Assembly (NCBI GenBank): GCA_951406725.2
Contig: OX597815.1
Span: forward strand, 1,054,001-1,118,000
DNA: 64,000 nucleotides
Direction of reading: 5' to 3'
From: Octopus vulgaris
Lineage: Eukaryota
A model generated the notes under the pieces. It did not search any database, had not been told where the DNA came from, and was given only the letters and a program-made list of their open reading frames with translations. This document shows, piece after piece, positions 12,873 through 26,758 of this stretch. The position numbers and the translations under genes were made by a program. The number at the start of each line of letters is the position of its first letter. Positions within the stretch are counted from its first letter, which is position 1.

Positions 12873-13100
12873 ATTTCTTTACTACCAATAAGGGGCCAAA
12901 CACAGAGAGAACAAGGACAGGACAAACGGACCAAGTCGATTACATCGACCCCAGTGCGCAACTGGTACTTAATTTATCGACCCCGAAAGGATGAAAGGCA
13001 AAGTTGACCTTGGCGGAATTTGAACTCAGAGTGTAACAGCAGACGAAACACTGCTAAGCATTTCACCTGCCGTGCTAACGATTCTGCCAGCTCACCGCCT
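12873..13100 (-). mobile_element. SINE family B, full length, 17-bp TSD ATTGGGAAATATTACCT
   Basis: Reverse complement of the 6521 copy; TSD at 12856-12872 and 13101-13117. Confidence 0.92.
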
Positions 13101-13499
13101 ATTGGGAAATATTACCTTGCTAGGAAACAGGTCAAGGATGGTGCCAGAAAGGGCATCTGGCCATAGAATATCTACCTCAACAAATTCCATCTGACCCATG
13201 CAAGCATGGAAAAGCAGACTTCACAAGCAATACACACACACACAAACAGGTATGTATATCATCCTTAACATTTTTACATCTGCTTTTCCATGCTAGTATG
13301 GATTGGAAGAGACTTCTCCATCCACAACAGCTCCCTACTTGTTATAGTCTGTGCTCATTTCATTTATCAAATACAACATTATGACACTCAGCTTCCACTA
13401 TTTCTTCCAATGTCTACTTTGGTCTTCATCTTTTACAGGTTCCTTCCATTTAAATTTCTCGACATGTTTTCATGCAACAATGTTTTCCATACACATGAT

Positions 13500-13700
13500 T
13501 ATCATCATTTAACATTCGTTTTCCATGCTGGCATGAGTTGGATGGTTTGATAGAACCCAATAAACTACACGACTAAGCCAAGCTCCAATGTCAGCTTTGG
13601 CATGGATTCTATGGCTGGGTGTCCTTCCTAAGGCCAACCTCTTTGCAAAATGGACTGGAAGCTTTTGATGTGGCACCAGCAGCAGTGAGGTCACCAAATA
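13500..13700 (-). mobile_element. Retroposon tail family D (diverged)
   Basis: TTTTCCATGCTGGCATGAGTTGGATGG homology. Confidence 0.7.
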
Positions 13701-13989
13701 GCTTGCAAAATAAGGACAGAAAAGCACAATTGACTGAGGGTTGGAGAGGCTATTTGAGAAAGGGGGAGGTGGCTTCATGCCAGGTTTTGAAAGGCTAAAC
13801 TACAACAGACAGACAGGTACAGGTATTTTACTATAGAGGAGACATGGCTACTCTGCATTACATAAGAGTGGGCAGTAGTAACTGGAAAGAAGATGAAGAT
13901 GGTGGTGACAGGGTGTGAGAGCAAACTCTCAAGGTAAAAACAGGTGAGTACAAGAGAGAGAGAGAGAGAGTGAAGGTGAATTCTGCTTA

Positions 13990-14600
13990 TCCTCAGATTT
14001 TGTCGCAGTCCATTTGTCGTTCATTAGTCATCCAGCGGAACATTTGCATTTCATTTCCTTCCCACCCTCACATGTGGTTCCATGCTCCATACCACATGAC
14101 TCACAACAATGCAATGACACTCTTTCTACACAAGCAACATTCAACCAACCCAGCACTGAACAATTTCTATTCAAGTCTTGTATCAGCCTCAATTAGGTTC
14201 CCTAAAGAACCCAAGCTGTTAATTACCTTTAGGGGTTGTTCTCACCATTAACCACGCCTGTCCACCTGTCACATACAATCCCCAACTTTGTCCACCTTCC
14301 TCTGGCCCCCACCACATCTCTTGAGTTCAGACAGTTTATGTTGTGTACACCTTATAGAATTCCTACCCCTTCTGAATACAAACCAGAACCCTAAATTCCC
14401 TGATAGGGTCCTGTCTGCTTTACTGATAAATGGTTTTGCTTATTGTGGGTTTACTTTCAGTCTCTCAAAGGGCATACAAAATTCCTTGCAGAAAACCAAT
14501 CTTGAACCCCTCTGATATGACCTGGAGGAACTATAATAAAAAGAAAGGGGCTAAGATCCAAACCCTGTTGGATACCTATCGGCATGCTAAATGTCTTATT
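13990..14600 (-). mobile_element. Highly degenerate RTE-clade LINE fragment
   Basis: Minus-strand GIQQGLDLSPFLFIIV (RT motif) and GRNSIRCTQ, as in the 18-20 kb RTE. Confidence 0.6.
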
Positions 14601-14872
14601 TCTAACTCTCACCTAGTGTCTCTGTGTACATGGCTTGCATGGCTCTCATAAGCTATTCCTTTACACTTAGTTACATAGACATCAAAGGATAAAGATAAGC
14701 TCAGACAACATAGAGTCAAGAAGCCTCTTTAGTCTTAGCAGAAACTGGACAACCTCTCTGGTGCTGGTGCTACAATAACATGCACCCAATGAACTCAGTA
14801 ACATGGTTGGTGTTAGAAAGGGCATCCAGCCATAGAATCCATGTTAAAAATGGAATGTACAAGTGACTTATT

Positions 14873-14918
<46 letters not shown>

Positions 14919-15989
14919 CACAACACAGATAAATGTATATAAATAATCCATACATGCACACACAGGTGTACATATGCATACATACACATGCATACACGAT
15001 GGTGGTGGTGGTGGTGGACATCCATTGAGGTATATAATATTTGGATATCACCTGATTATTAATATAAACTTTCTGTCTTACAATTCTCCTCCTCCTCCCT
15101 CCATTACTCTCCTCTATTACTCATCCCTCCTCACTTCCTTCATCAATTTGCTCTCCTATCATATCTCTGTCTCTTTCACATCACACTACCTGTGTACTGA
15201 CGGCATATACGAAGGCATGTAATATGAGTGTGTGTGTGTGTAGCCATATGGGGTTAAATGTTTTCTAGGTGAGAAACAAACACTTTGGCAATGTTCCCAT
15301 TTCAACAGAGTTGTTGTTTAACCCAAGGCTGGTTTTACACCACCAGACTTAAAAATCAAAGACATTCCAACCAGAGCCATCTGTCTTTTCAATATCCAAA
15401 GCCATATTGTCCACTAGGGCTTTTATTTTTTCAGAAATTAGGTGGTGATTTGAGGGAGATTTGGTTGTCATTTCTAGCAAGTTGGGTGACTATGTAATAG
15501 TCTCTACATTGCATAACTCAGTTCTAGAGATAAATGAGATGCTGTGACATTCATGCCTTTCCCAGCAACGATTGGACTCGAGATTTAATTTATCAGGTTT
15601 TTAACATTTTTGCCATGCTTCGTGTGACAAGAAGGGCCACACCATCAGCATTGTGATTTAAAGGGTCACTGGAGGCGGGGAGGGGATGATGAAGAAACAA
15701 AGGATGAGGGGTTACTACTAACCTCTACTTTAATCCCTTCAACTAACCCAGCTGGGGCTGATATCGCCACAACACAAAGTCATTCAAACTGCTAGAAATA
15801 ACAGCTAACTCTCCATCAAATTACACCCAATTGTCTTAGAAATAGAATATATTATGTAATCTAGTAGTAGTGGCTATACTTACACTTTGTGAAGATAGAT
15901 GGAATGGTCATAGTTGGAACAGCTTTGATTTATAAGCTTGTACTGAGATTAAACATCAACAGCAGCATAAAACTCACTATTATAAAGGA

Positions 15990-16128
15990 AACCATTACCA
16001 CCACCACCACCAACTCCACCACCACCAGCATCATCAACATCAACATCACCACCACCACCACCACCACCAACATCACCACCACCACCACCACCACCACCAC
16101 CACCACCACCATCACCACCACCACCATA
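15990..16128. repeat. (ACC)n-rich trinucleotide tract
   Basis: Read directly. Confidence 0.95.
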
Positions 16129-16520
16129 CATCATTCTTGTTAGGTAAGCTCTAAGCTCAACAACTGTTGTTTTCCTTCCTACAAGAAATACCCCCCTCCA
16201 CCACGACCACCACCACCAAAATGGTGGTTGTTTATATTACTGTGAAATACTACAGGGTGTAGCCGGGGAAGAGGGTTGCAAAGGAGGTGAGGGGTATTTG
16301 TGATAAACAGGTAAATACTGTGGTACCCAGGGTTCTGTGGAAGAGAGAGAGAGAGACTGGAGGGAAGACCAAAAAAAGGGGGGGGGAGTTAAAAACGTGT
16401 ATACATCATCATCATCATCAATCAGCAGCAGCAGCAGTGGATAAGTCCATCAAAAGAAAGATGACAGGTAAATATATGGTTTACCTGTGAAATGAGGATA
16501 TCAAAACAAGCAGGTCTGCC

Positions 16521-16554
<34 letters not shown>

Positions 16555-17968
16555 GAATGGATGTGTGTGAGTGCACTTGCATACCCACCTATGTACACAA
16601 CAGGTACACAACAGGTACACATCTTCGCAGTCTATGATTAATCAACAGAAGTCAGAGAGTGACTCAAACAACGAAACTGGTTCCATGCATTGCCATTTAT
16701 CAAACTGGTTCCAAATGGTGTTTTGAGTTCTATTTTCCTGTTTGTACCACTGAACCATTTCTACCAACATATATTCACACACACACACACATACAGTCAC
16801 AACAATTGTATACACACACACACACACACACACACAAACCCATACAAGCAGACATACAGTTCTTAAGTTTCTTTTAAACATCACAACCAAGTCCAGACTG
16901 GAGCACTATTTTCTGCACACACACACACACGTCTATATATATCAGCCGAAATTGCGAGGATGATCCGGTTCTTGACCGAGGATAAAAGGCTTCGAATGAC
17001 AGCCCTTACATTACAATAATTGTACAATTACTTTATTACTTTGAAAAGTACAGTGAAGCCTATACTTTGATAATGAGAGCATACCATGATTAAAACCTGT
17101 TCAGACTTGACTCTCATACTTGCCGAAATAAAAATGATATTAGTGAAGGACTAATATCATTCTTTTTTCCCCACCATGTAATATTTTCTAGGTAGCTCTT
17201 TAATGCACCATGCATTCTAAAGAAGAACAACCTACCATCTGATTAACATGAAGTTGATCATCAACATACATCTGGTTCAGAGTCATACTATATTATTTCT
17301 GTTTATTTTTTCTACATAGATTAGTGGCCACTGATACTCAGAACTGGCATCATCTCTACTCATGCACTCCTGAGTCACACATCCTTTGGAACTATATGGT
17401 TTCAAAGCAAACTCCTTAAACACACAGACATTCATCCTTTTAGGGTTGATAAAATAAAAGTACCAGTCAAGTACTGGGGTTGATGCAATCAACTACCCCA
17501 CCCCCTAAAACTGTTAACCTTATGCCAAAATTTGAAACAATTATTGTTGTTATTGTTATTGATATTTTACAGATGGGAGGAATGTATGGAGCTATATTCT
17601 GTGTTATATGGCTGGCCAATGATTGGCCTTGTTCGACAACTTCCTGAAGTTTGTATGGTGAGCAAGTCAGTTTCATTTATGACTCTCAACTAATCCATAT
17701 CATTTAGTGCTATTTTGTTATCATTCACTGTTATATTATTATTATTAATATTATAAGTAATATTCTCATATATGTCACAGACTGATTCCAGTTGCTAAGC
17801 ATAAAATTATGTTAATTATAACACTCAAATTGAGTCAATTACCATGTGGGTAATCTTCAACAAACCAATAATTCTTACTGGGCTACTTCATTTGGTACTA
17901 ATTTCATTGTCTACCTTTTTCTTATGATATGATGGAACTGTAAATACATGTACAACTATAAATATACA

Positions 17969-18160
17969 TATGAGGGGCTGCTAAAAAGTTCCTGGCTTTG
18001 GGTAAAAGAAAATACAGGAAGATCAGTTAATTATAGTTTTATCCAGCATAGATCCAACACAGAATCACACACTTGTTGCAGTGGTCCTTCAGTTTTCCTA
18101 AGCCCTGTAAGAGAACTCAGAAAGTTGGGCCTCCAACCTAGACTTTTGCGATACCCTTTG
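17969..18160 (+). mobile_element. Mariner-type terminal fragment
   Basis: TA followed by TGAGGGGCTGCTAAAAAGTTCC resembles mariner TIR starts of the TA-CGAGGG...AAAAGT type; no second TIR seen. Confidence 0.5.
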
Positions 18161-18294
18161 AATGTAGATTTTGTAATATCATATAAGAATATTGAAGATG
18201 AGAAGCTATAAGAAATTAAAGGTTATGAAAAATGAAGACCTACACAGCTATGAAAAGATTTTGATGGTTTTAAATATATTTTGATGTTGATAGA

Positions 18295-20570
18295 TTACGA
18301 TTTTGATTTTCACATGCCTCAACAGGTCTTCACAAGTGGAGTTTTGTGTCCCAAGAAGGAAAGGAATGCATAAGTGGGCAGGTAGAGGCCACGGAATTAT
18401 GGCCTCACTTGTCCTGCCGGGTCTTCTCACGCACAGCATACTTCCAAAGGTCCCGGTCTCTAGTCATTTCCTCGGTGAGACCTAAAGTTCGAAGGTCATT
18501 CTTCACCACCTCATCCCAGGTTTTCCAGGGTCTACCTCTTCCACAAGTTCCCTCAACTGCTAGGGTGTGGCACTTTTTCACACATGCTAGCATGGAGAAC
18601 GGACGTTAAACGATGATGATGATGATCTTCATCCATTCTCGCCACATGACCATACCAGTACAAACGTCTCTCTTGCACACCGCAACTGATGCTTCTTAGG
18701 TCCAACTTTTCTCTCAAAGTACTTACACTCTGTCGAGTATGAACACTGATATTACACATCCATCGGAGCATACTGGCTTCATTTCTTGCGAGCTTACGCA
18801 TATCCTCAACAGTCACGGCCCATGTTTCACTGCCATGTAGCATGGCTGTTCGTACACATGCATCATACAGTCTGCCTTTTACTCTGAGCGAGAGGCCTTT
18901 TGTCACCAGCAGAGGTAAGAGCTCTCTGAACTTTGCCCAGGCTATTCTTACTCTAGCAGTTACACTTTCAGCACACCCCCCCCGCTACTGACTTGGTCAC
19001 CTAGGTAGCGGAAGCTATCAACTACTTCTAGTTTTTCTCCCTGGAATGTGGCGGAAGTTGGTCTCTGCACATTTTCAGTATTTATTGCTCCTGAGCATCT
19101 GCCACAAACAAAAACCATCTTCCCAGTAAGCATTCCTTTGACATTTCTGCAACTCTTATGTGTCCATAGCTTACACTTGGTACATCTTATAGAGTTTCTA
19201 CCCATGCCTTTTCTACAGATCGAGCAGGGCCATCTACCTGAAGGCGATTTGATTTGTCTGCCTTCCTACTTATTAGGACTTTGGTTTTAGCTAGGTTGAC
19301 TCTAAGGCCCTTCGATTCTAATCCTTGCTTCCACACCTGAAACTTCTCCAGTTCTGATAGTGACTCAGCAATTAGAGCAAGGTCATCAGCATAGAGGAGC
19401 TCCCAGAAGCATCCTGTCTTGAATTCCTCCTGTTATTGCCTGGAGAACTATGATAAATAGGAGGGGGCTGAGGACTGAACCTTGGTGAACCCCTACCTCT
19501 ACCCGGAATTCTTCACTGTACACATTGCCAACCTTCACCTTACTAACAGTGTCCCTGTCCATGGCTCGCACAGCTCTCACTAACCATTCATCTATCCCTA
19601 GTTTCCTCATTGACCACCAGATAAGGGATCCAGGGACCCTGTCAAAGGCTTTCTCCATGTCAACAAAAGCCAGGTACAGAGGCTTATCTTTGGCTAGGTA
19701 TTTCTCCTGCAGCTGCCTTACCAGGAATATAGCATCAGTAGTACTTCTCCCTGGCACGAACCCAAACTGCATTTCATCTAAACTGACTCTTTCTCTAATT
19801 AGTTGGGCTATGACCCTCTCCGTAACCTTCATCACCTGATCCAACAGCTTGATACCTCTGTAGTTATTTGTATCTAAGGCGTCACCTTTACTTTTGTAGC
19901 AGTTGACTATTATGCTGCTAAACCAGTCATTGGGTATGACTCATTCGTGTATCACCTGGTTAACTATAGGGGTGACTAGGCTATAGCCGACACTGCCAGA
20001 TATTTTGAGCATCTCTGCAGTAATTCCTGATGGGCCAGGGGCTTTCCCTGTCTTCATACTCTTGATTGCTTTAAGTACCAAGGTACTGTCAATTCAGATA
20101 GCTGGTCCCTCTGTTGGGTCGACATTCGGCAGACTCTCTTTACCCCATTCATTTTCCTCATTCAGCAACCTTTCATAGTGGCGTCTCCAAACCTCTCTCT
20201 TTGCATCCTCATTTAGCACAAGTGAGCCGTCATCCATGCGAACACATTTCTCTCCTACCACATCACGATTCTCTCTCACACACTGTCTTGCAACTCGAAA
20301 TACTTCAAGTCTTTCGTCCTCACGGCTCAGAACATTGGCAAATTTTTTCTTATCTGCTTCCCCTCTGGCTAAATAAACCTGTCTCCTAGCTTCCCTTCTG
20401 GCAGTCTGATACAATTCCTTGCTACCTCCATTCTTCCAGTCCCTTCAAGCCTGTTTCTTTTGTCTAATAGCCCTGTCAACCACATTGTTCCACCTGTTGC
20501 CTTGGGTCAAGATGGGACTTTGCACCAACCACAGATCTGGTTAGTGGCTCTCAGCAGGTTAGTGGCTCTG
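18295..20570 (-). mobile_element. 5'-truncated RTE-clade LINE (RT pseudogene with Cys-rich insert)
   Basis: KAPGPSGI, QFGFVPGRSTTDAIF, FVDMEKAFDRVP, GVHQGSVLSPLLF, LLYADDL, FRYLG, HGSETW, WYGHVAR, RGRPWKTW; stops and frameshifts. Confidence 0.93.
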
Positions 20571-21054
20571 GCTGAAAAAAACTGGAACAAGAATTCTTCC
20601 AAGGGTCCTTGATGCATGACCAGTAAACAAATGTCACCTTAGTCAGCTGGCTACGGACAGTTAACACTTTCCATTATACACAGCAAAACAAGCTGTGAGT
20701 TTCCATATAATAATAATAATAATAATAATAATGATGATGATGATGATGGTGATTTCTTTTATTGGCCAAGACATGGAGGAGAATATCAAAGGACAAGTTA
20801 CAGTATGAAAAAATTACAAAAACTACAACATGTGGGGTTAATATCAATCAAGGAGAGATACTGCCACACTAAAAGATATAACAAAAGATATATAATAGAA
20901 AGTAGAGATATAAATAAATAGAATCCCCAATAGTGGGGCAGTCCACTTAGGGTAATCCAGGATAAACCCCACACAAAAATCCCGAATTACCCTGCCAAGG
21001 CATGGGAAAGTGCCCTCTTCCAGTTTCTTTCCTCCTGCTTGGAAAAGTGTATTC

Positions 21055-21375
21055 AGAGTAGAAAATTTGAAATTGCAAGAATTTGGAATATGAAAAGTGT
21101 AAAGGTTGTGCCTATAATAATAATTGGTGCCTTGGGAACTGTGAGCAAAGATATAAAGAAATGCTTGAAGGAGACTGGAATAGAATGTCCAGAAGAGCTC
21201 CTATAAAAAAATTGCCTTTTAGGGACAGGAAAGATTATCTGGAGGGTCTTAAGCACTTGAAAGACTATTGAAAGCTTGTGATTATCTGAGGTTACTTACA
21301 GGTGGTAATCCGCTACCCACATAAATTCTACTGGGAATAAGAATGAACCAGAGTCAAATCAACAATAATAATAAG
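21055..21375 (+). mobile_element. R4/Dong-clade 3' fragment
   Basis: KFEIARIWNMKSVKVVPIIIIGALGTV..LLGTGKII; ends in AATAATAATAA. Confidence 0.8.
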
Positions 21376-22339
21376 ATACAGGTAACCAAAGAACATCATA
21401 TTGAACACTTTTGAAATTCCATCTTCAATTGAATATAATTCCAGTTCCAACACGGATTTTAATAAGGTTTCTTCTTTCTTCTTTGCAAAGTTTGTGTTCT
21501 GATAATGGAAAACATGTGTTGGAATAGAACAAAAGAGGTTAGAAGATGATTACAATAACCCCCCCCTCTTCTTTCAGTTTAATTTTGTTTTCCATTTCCA
21601 TGCAGCAGTCAACACTCTTGAAAGGAACTGTTAAGGAATCTTGAAGGACCTGTTGTTGCCATTGGAGAATGAATGTTGAAAGCAATGGAGATTTGCAGAA
21701 TTGTTAGGTTTACAACACAAACTGATAATTCAATATTTCATCTCTTTTAAGGATGCTGCCTCTCTTTCTCCTCCTCTAAACAATTTCCAGTCTCCAGCAT
21801 CAACATTCAGTCTGATATATTTACACTGGAATTCCCACCTCGTAATTATTTCAAATAGTTTCTTTTACAAATAATTCTCTCTATGCTAAATATGTGGACA
21901 CAGCCGTAACTATTATGTTTGATGCAAATGGCATTGCTGAGTTATATCTCCTCTTCAGCAGCAGAAACCAGAGAGGGAGACACTGTGAATTGACATGAGA
22001 GACGGGTCCCACCTCTTGATGATATTCACTTCATCGTTCAAAGACTGGTTGAGCTATTCTATGGCTTGCTGTAAATAACATGCACGGTGACAGTGTTAAG
22101 CAATGGTGTGTAGAAATACAAACTTGTTACCAGTTCTAATATGCTTCCGGCATATTTGGACCCGTAAGAAAGCCATTCACTGTATTTTGTCATGGAGAAG
22201 ATTCCTCTCTGCAGACAAATTGGTGTGAATAAAGCGAGACGGTTGTTTAGAAATTATCCTAGCTAGCAATAATGTCTACCACCCAACCAACATTTATGTT
22301 CCTTATTCCTAGAATATAGGTTTAAGACAACATAGGAAC

Positions 22340-22660
22340 TTTTATTCTAGCAGAGAGAACTTTCGGAAACATTTTTTCACACTAAGAGTTGCTGAAGCAT
22401 GGAACAAACTGCCGGCATCAGTTGCTAGTTGTCGGAGCACTGCATCCTTCAAAACTTCCATGCTTCCTGAGATTCGCCAACACTACACCTGATTTTCTCC
22501 CCTCCATACACACACAAGCATATATCTGACTCATACACTGTTCACTTCCCAGACATTTGTACATTACTGCATATGCTTTATATGCACTTTTTGACAAGTT
22601 GTGGTGCACCTGAGCACTGCATACAATAATTTCATTATTATTATTATTATTATTATTATA
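22340..22660 (+). mobile_element. CR1-type LINE 3' end
   Basis: FRKHFFTLRVAEAWNKLPASV..FK motif, 3'UTR, (ATT)n tail. Confidence 0.8.
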
Positions 22661-23199
22661 GAAATATTTGATACAAAAAACAAAATCTCAAGAAATACTT
22701 TTCAAGTTTTATGGCAATTTAGGTTGAAGCCATTTATTATTCGTTTGGTGTAATTTTTAACCTTTCATCTATCATGGATAGACTTGACTCTTCAATATTT
22801 TGGAAACTACCAAATAAGGAACCAAATATATCAAAGAATGAATAAAGAATTGATGGTAATCCTTCCTTAAAGAGACCTTAAGTATTGCAGAGAGGTCTAT
22901 AAAATGAATTAGTATGGTCTTTCATTAATCAGGGACCAATGAATCAGATACCAGTAATATCTAAGGTTAAAAGTACCACCCCACTGTATATCCTTCTCTT
23001 TGCAATATGTCACTGTACCTACCAATGGTGCAACCTCTATGTGACATGACCTGCTAGAAATAACAGCTACTTTTCTTTCAAATCATTCTCTATTCCTGTT
23101 TTAAAAACAGGAGCACACATTAACCATTTAGCATTCAGATTATTTACTTGAATTTCAAATTGTTTTTAATTAATCACCATTTAAGCATGGTGGCACCAT

Positions 23200-23425
23200 T
23201 TAAGTGTGGCCATTGCCAGTACCGCTTGACTGGCCCTCGTGCCGGTGGCATGTAAAAGCATCTACTACACTCTCGGAGTGGTTGGCGTTAGGAAGGGCAT
23301 CCAGCTGTAGAAACTCTGCCAGATCAGATTGGAGCCTGGTGCAGCCTCCTGGTTCGCCAGTCCTCAGTCAAATCGTCCAACCCATGCCAGCAGGGAAAGC
23401 GGACGTTAAACGATAAACGATGATA
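23200..23425 (+). mobile_element. Retroposon tail family D
   Basis: Co-linear with 58898-59153. Confidence 0.85.
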
Positions 23426-23719
23426 ATCATGCATTATTTTGTAGCTTTGATGTGAGTGTATATTTTTAGAATGGCATTGATGGGTAGGTGTGAGAAGCTG
23501 GATGTGGCTGATTAACATATGACACAGGTAGAATATTGGAGCCAGACATGGCCAGTTTAAATGGTAAAAGGTTTAGTAATGTAGTCCAAGATAGACTACA
23601 CCTGGAATAAAGGCAGGATGGTCTCGGCTGGAGTGTCTTCCATTATAAATCAACACAGAACTGGAGTTAATAATCTCAAAAACATTATAAATGGTTTCTT
23701 AAGCACTCAACCAGTTGAT

Positions 23720-24370
23720 TAGTAGAATCGGTAGAGCATCAGGTGAAATGCCTTGTGGTATTTAGTTATTAAGGTTCAAATTCCACAGAGATCGACTTTG
23801 TCTTTCATCCTTTTAGGGTCAATAACAAAATACCAGTCAACTACTGGGGTTGATTTAATATTCTTGCAAGCATGTGGCTTTGGCATTCAGTTCCACTGAG
23901 TGGGGCACCTTGAGCAAGTATCTTCTGCTTTAGTCCCAGATCAACCAATGCCCTGTGTGTGAATCTGGTACATAGAAACTATATGGAAGCCTGTTATGTG
24001 TGTGCTGGTTTGTTTACATCCCTCATAATGTAGCTGTACAGTAAAAAAATATTGATAGAATACGAAGCAGACATTAAAAAATAAATAGTGGGGTGTCTGT
24101 GCGTTTAAGAAGTTTTCTTCCCAACCATATGGTTCCAGGTTCAGTCCCACTGCATGGCACCTTGGACAAGTGTCTTCTGCTATAGCCTCAGAGTGACCAA
24201 AGCCTTGTGAGTGGATTTGATAGAAGGAAACTGGAAGAAGCCCATCGTGTGAGTGTGTGTGTTTGTCCTTTTCTAACGTTTGACAACCAGAGCTATAGTA
24301 TTTACATCCCTATAACTTAGTGGTTCAACAAAAGAGAATGACAGAATAAGCACCAGGGTCAACTAAAATT
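23720..24370 (+). mobile_element. Cluster of diverged SINEs (one family B, two family A)
   Basis: B core at ~23790; A heads at ~23875 and ~24090. Confidence 0.75.
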
Positions 24371-24874
24371 CTTCAAGGACACATTGGGTATCATCATCAT
24401 CATCAAAGGTTCATGTTCCAAGCTGACATGGGTTGGGATGGTTTGACAGAATCCAATGGGTTCAAGAGCCGCATGGTGCTCCAGTATGGGCCTTGGTTTT
24501 GTTTCTACAGCCAGATGCCCTTCCTAATGCCAACCATTTTACAGAGGGCACTGGGTGCTTCTTTCATGCCACCAGCACTAGCAGGGTTGGCATGCAGCTT
24601 GCAAAACTCTCCAAGAGAGGTGGCTTTATACTAGAAAATGAAGGGTCATAGTGTGAGATAAGGGGCCAGAGGAGAACAGGTTTTTTACAAAGGTGGGGCA
24701 GGCCAAATGGTTACTCATACTTTCGAAGAGTGGATGGGGTGGGGGTTCATCAAGAGATAAAAATAGCAGTGTTGAAGTGCCTGTATGGACTGTCAAGGTA
24801 TATCGAATAAGACAGGGCGGTCATGGCTGAACCATATTTGGCTATAAGCCTGTGTCTAAACAACAATATTGGCT

Positions 24875-25175
24875 TATGACGATGAGTGTTCCAGTAGATC
24901 CGATCAATGGATCAGCCTGTTTGTGGAACTAACATGCAAGTGGCTGAGCACTCCACAGACACATGTACCCATGATGTAGTTCTCAGGGAAATTCAGCATA
25001 ACCCACGATGTGACAAGACCAGCCCCCTTTGAATTACTGGTATAATTCATTTTTGCCAGCTGAGTGAACTGGAGCAAGGTAACAGTGCCTTACTTGAGCA
25101 GGACACAATACACCACAGGGAATTGAACTCACAACCTTACAATCATGAGCTGAATGCCCTGACCACTTAGTCACC
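24875..25175 (-). mobile_element. SINE family C-like (diverged)
   Basis: Shares GATCCGATCAA..GTGGCTGAGCACTCCACAGACACATGTACCC with the 12263 copy. Confidence 0.75.
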
Positions 25176-25949
25176 TTCACAGCCATCACTTGCAAGGGAC
25201 TTGATGTGTATTTAGGGTTTGGTTGTGAGAAGTCTTAGGCACCCACTTGATCCTACCACACTTAACTTAGCAGAACTTCAAGGATGAGGACGCAGAAGGG
25301 AGAGAGAGAGAGGACAGCACCAGCACTTGCTTCAGTGGGGCAGATTGGAACAACATGAAATCAAGTACCTTGCTCAAGGACAGAGATTATCACCTGGTGT
25401 AGGAATTGAACACATGGCAGGATGATTGTAAATCCAACACCGTAACCACAAGGCCAGATTCAGTCATTAAACATGAAAATGTGAAAAGACAGAAAGCTCT
25501 AAAGAGGGAGAGTCTTTCTACAAATTGCATGGATAACTTTAGTTTATCAGTTCATAAGCTCACTTAATTATTACGTGAAATCCGATCACCCAACGCCTGG
25601 CTTCGTTAAGCAGTTCTGTCTGGATTTGTGCTGTTGCTTTATAAACAGTCATAATTAACATAATTAATTTAGAGATTAACTTTCAGTGTTATGTATATAT
25701 TACACATGAAAATCTTTTAATTAGGAAGTATATTTAATTAAGATTGTATAATAATCAAATTACAAAGTGCTTTTTAATTAACATCTCAAGTGTTTCAAGA
25801 TGATGAACAACTCTGAAAGTGTGTGTGTGTGTGTGGACATGTATGTGTGTGTGTGGACATGTATGTGTGTGTGTGGATGTGTGTGGATATGTATGTGTGT
25901 ATGTAGAAGTTTCTATGGGAAGGTGTGTGTGTGTGTGTGAGCTTCTGCG

Positions 25950-26110
25950 CCCATGACTTTTGGAACCATTTTTTTCAAGCTCAGAATTGATGAAGCCTGG
26001 GATAAACTATCCACATCAGTTGTTCTTCTGTCAGGACATTGTTTCTTTCAAAAATATTCCATGCTTCCTGAAATTCACCAATTCCTCACTTGGCACCCTT
26101 TTCTCTTTTC
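25950..26110 (+). mobile_element. CR1-type 3' fragment (same family as 22340)
   Basis: FFKLRIDEAWDKLSTSVV; CCATGCTTCCTGA shared with the 22340 copy. Confidence 0.65.
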
Positions 26111-26154
26111 TTTTCAGGTTTTCTTCTCTAAATTCTTTGTTGCTGTCTTTCTTG

Positions 26155-26535
26155 ACTTTACTTATTTCAGTCATTTGACTGTGGCCATGCTGGAGCACCG
26201 CCTTTAGTTGAGCAAGTCGACCCCAGGACTTATTCTTTGTAAGCCTAGTACTTATTCTATCGGTCTCTTTTGCCGAACTGCTAAGTTACAAGGACACTAA
26301 CACACCAGCATCGGTTGTCAAGCGATGTTGGGGGGAACAAACACACACATATATATATATATACATACATACAACGGGCTTCTTTCAGTTTCCGTCTACC
26401 AAACCCACTCACAAGGCTTTGGTCGGCCCAAGGCTATAGTAGAAGACACTTGCCCAAGGTGCCATGCAGTGGGACTGAACCCGGAACCATGTGGTTTGTA
26501 AGCAAGCTACTCACCACACAGCCATGCCTATGCCT
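26155..26535 (-). mobile_element. SINE family A, full length
   Basis: Reverse complement of 9735-10142. Confidence 0.92.
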
Positions 26536-26758
26536 ATACATATCTGCTTTCCATTCCCTCTTTTACACTTTTCCAAATTTTCAGTCTGTCATAGTGCACC
26601 TGAGCACTGTAGACAATAAACTCATTAGTATTATCATTACTATTATCATTACTATTATTATTATAGGTGGTGACCTGGCAGAATTGTTAGCATGATGGGC
26701 AAAATGCTTAGTGGCAGCATTTAAATTATCCCATTACATGATAACATGTTAACAATTA

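Noticed and set aside
21380-22280. Hidden coding region in a unique-looking stretch
   Set aside because: Stops in the frames I translated and no convincing motif; YIRLNVDAG alone is insufficient
25560-25800. Homeodomain-site (TAAT) cluster, also at ~34.7-34.9 kb
   Set aside because: Expected by chance in very AT-rich sequence
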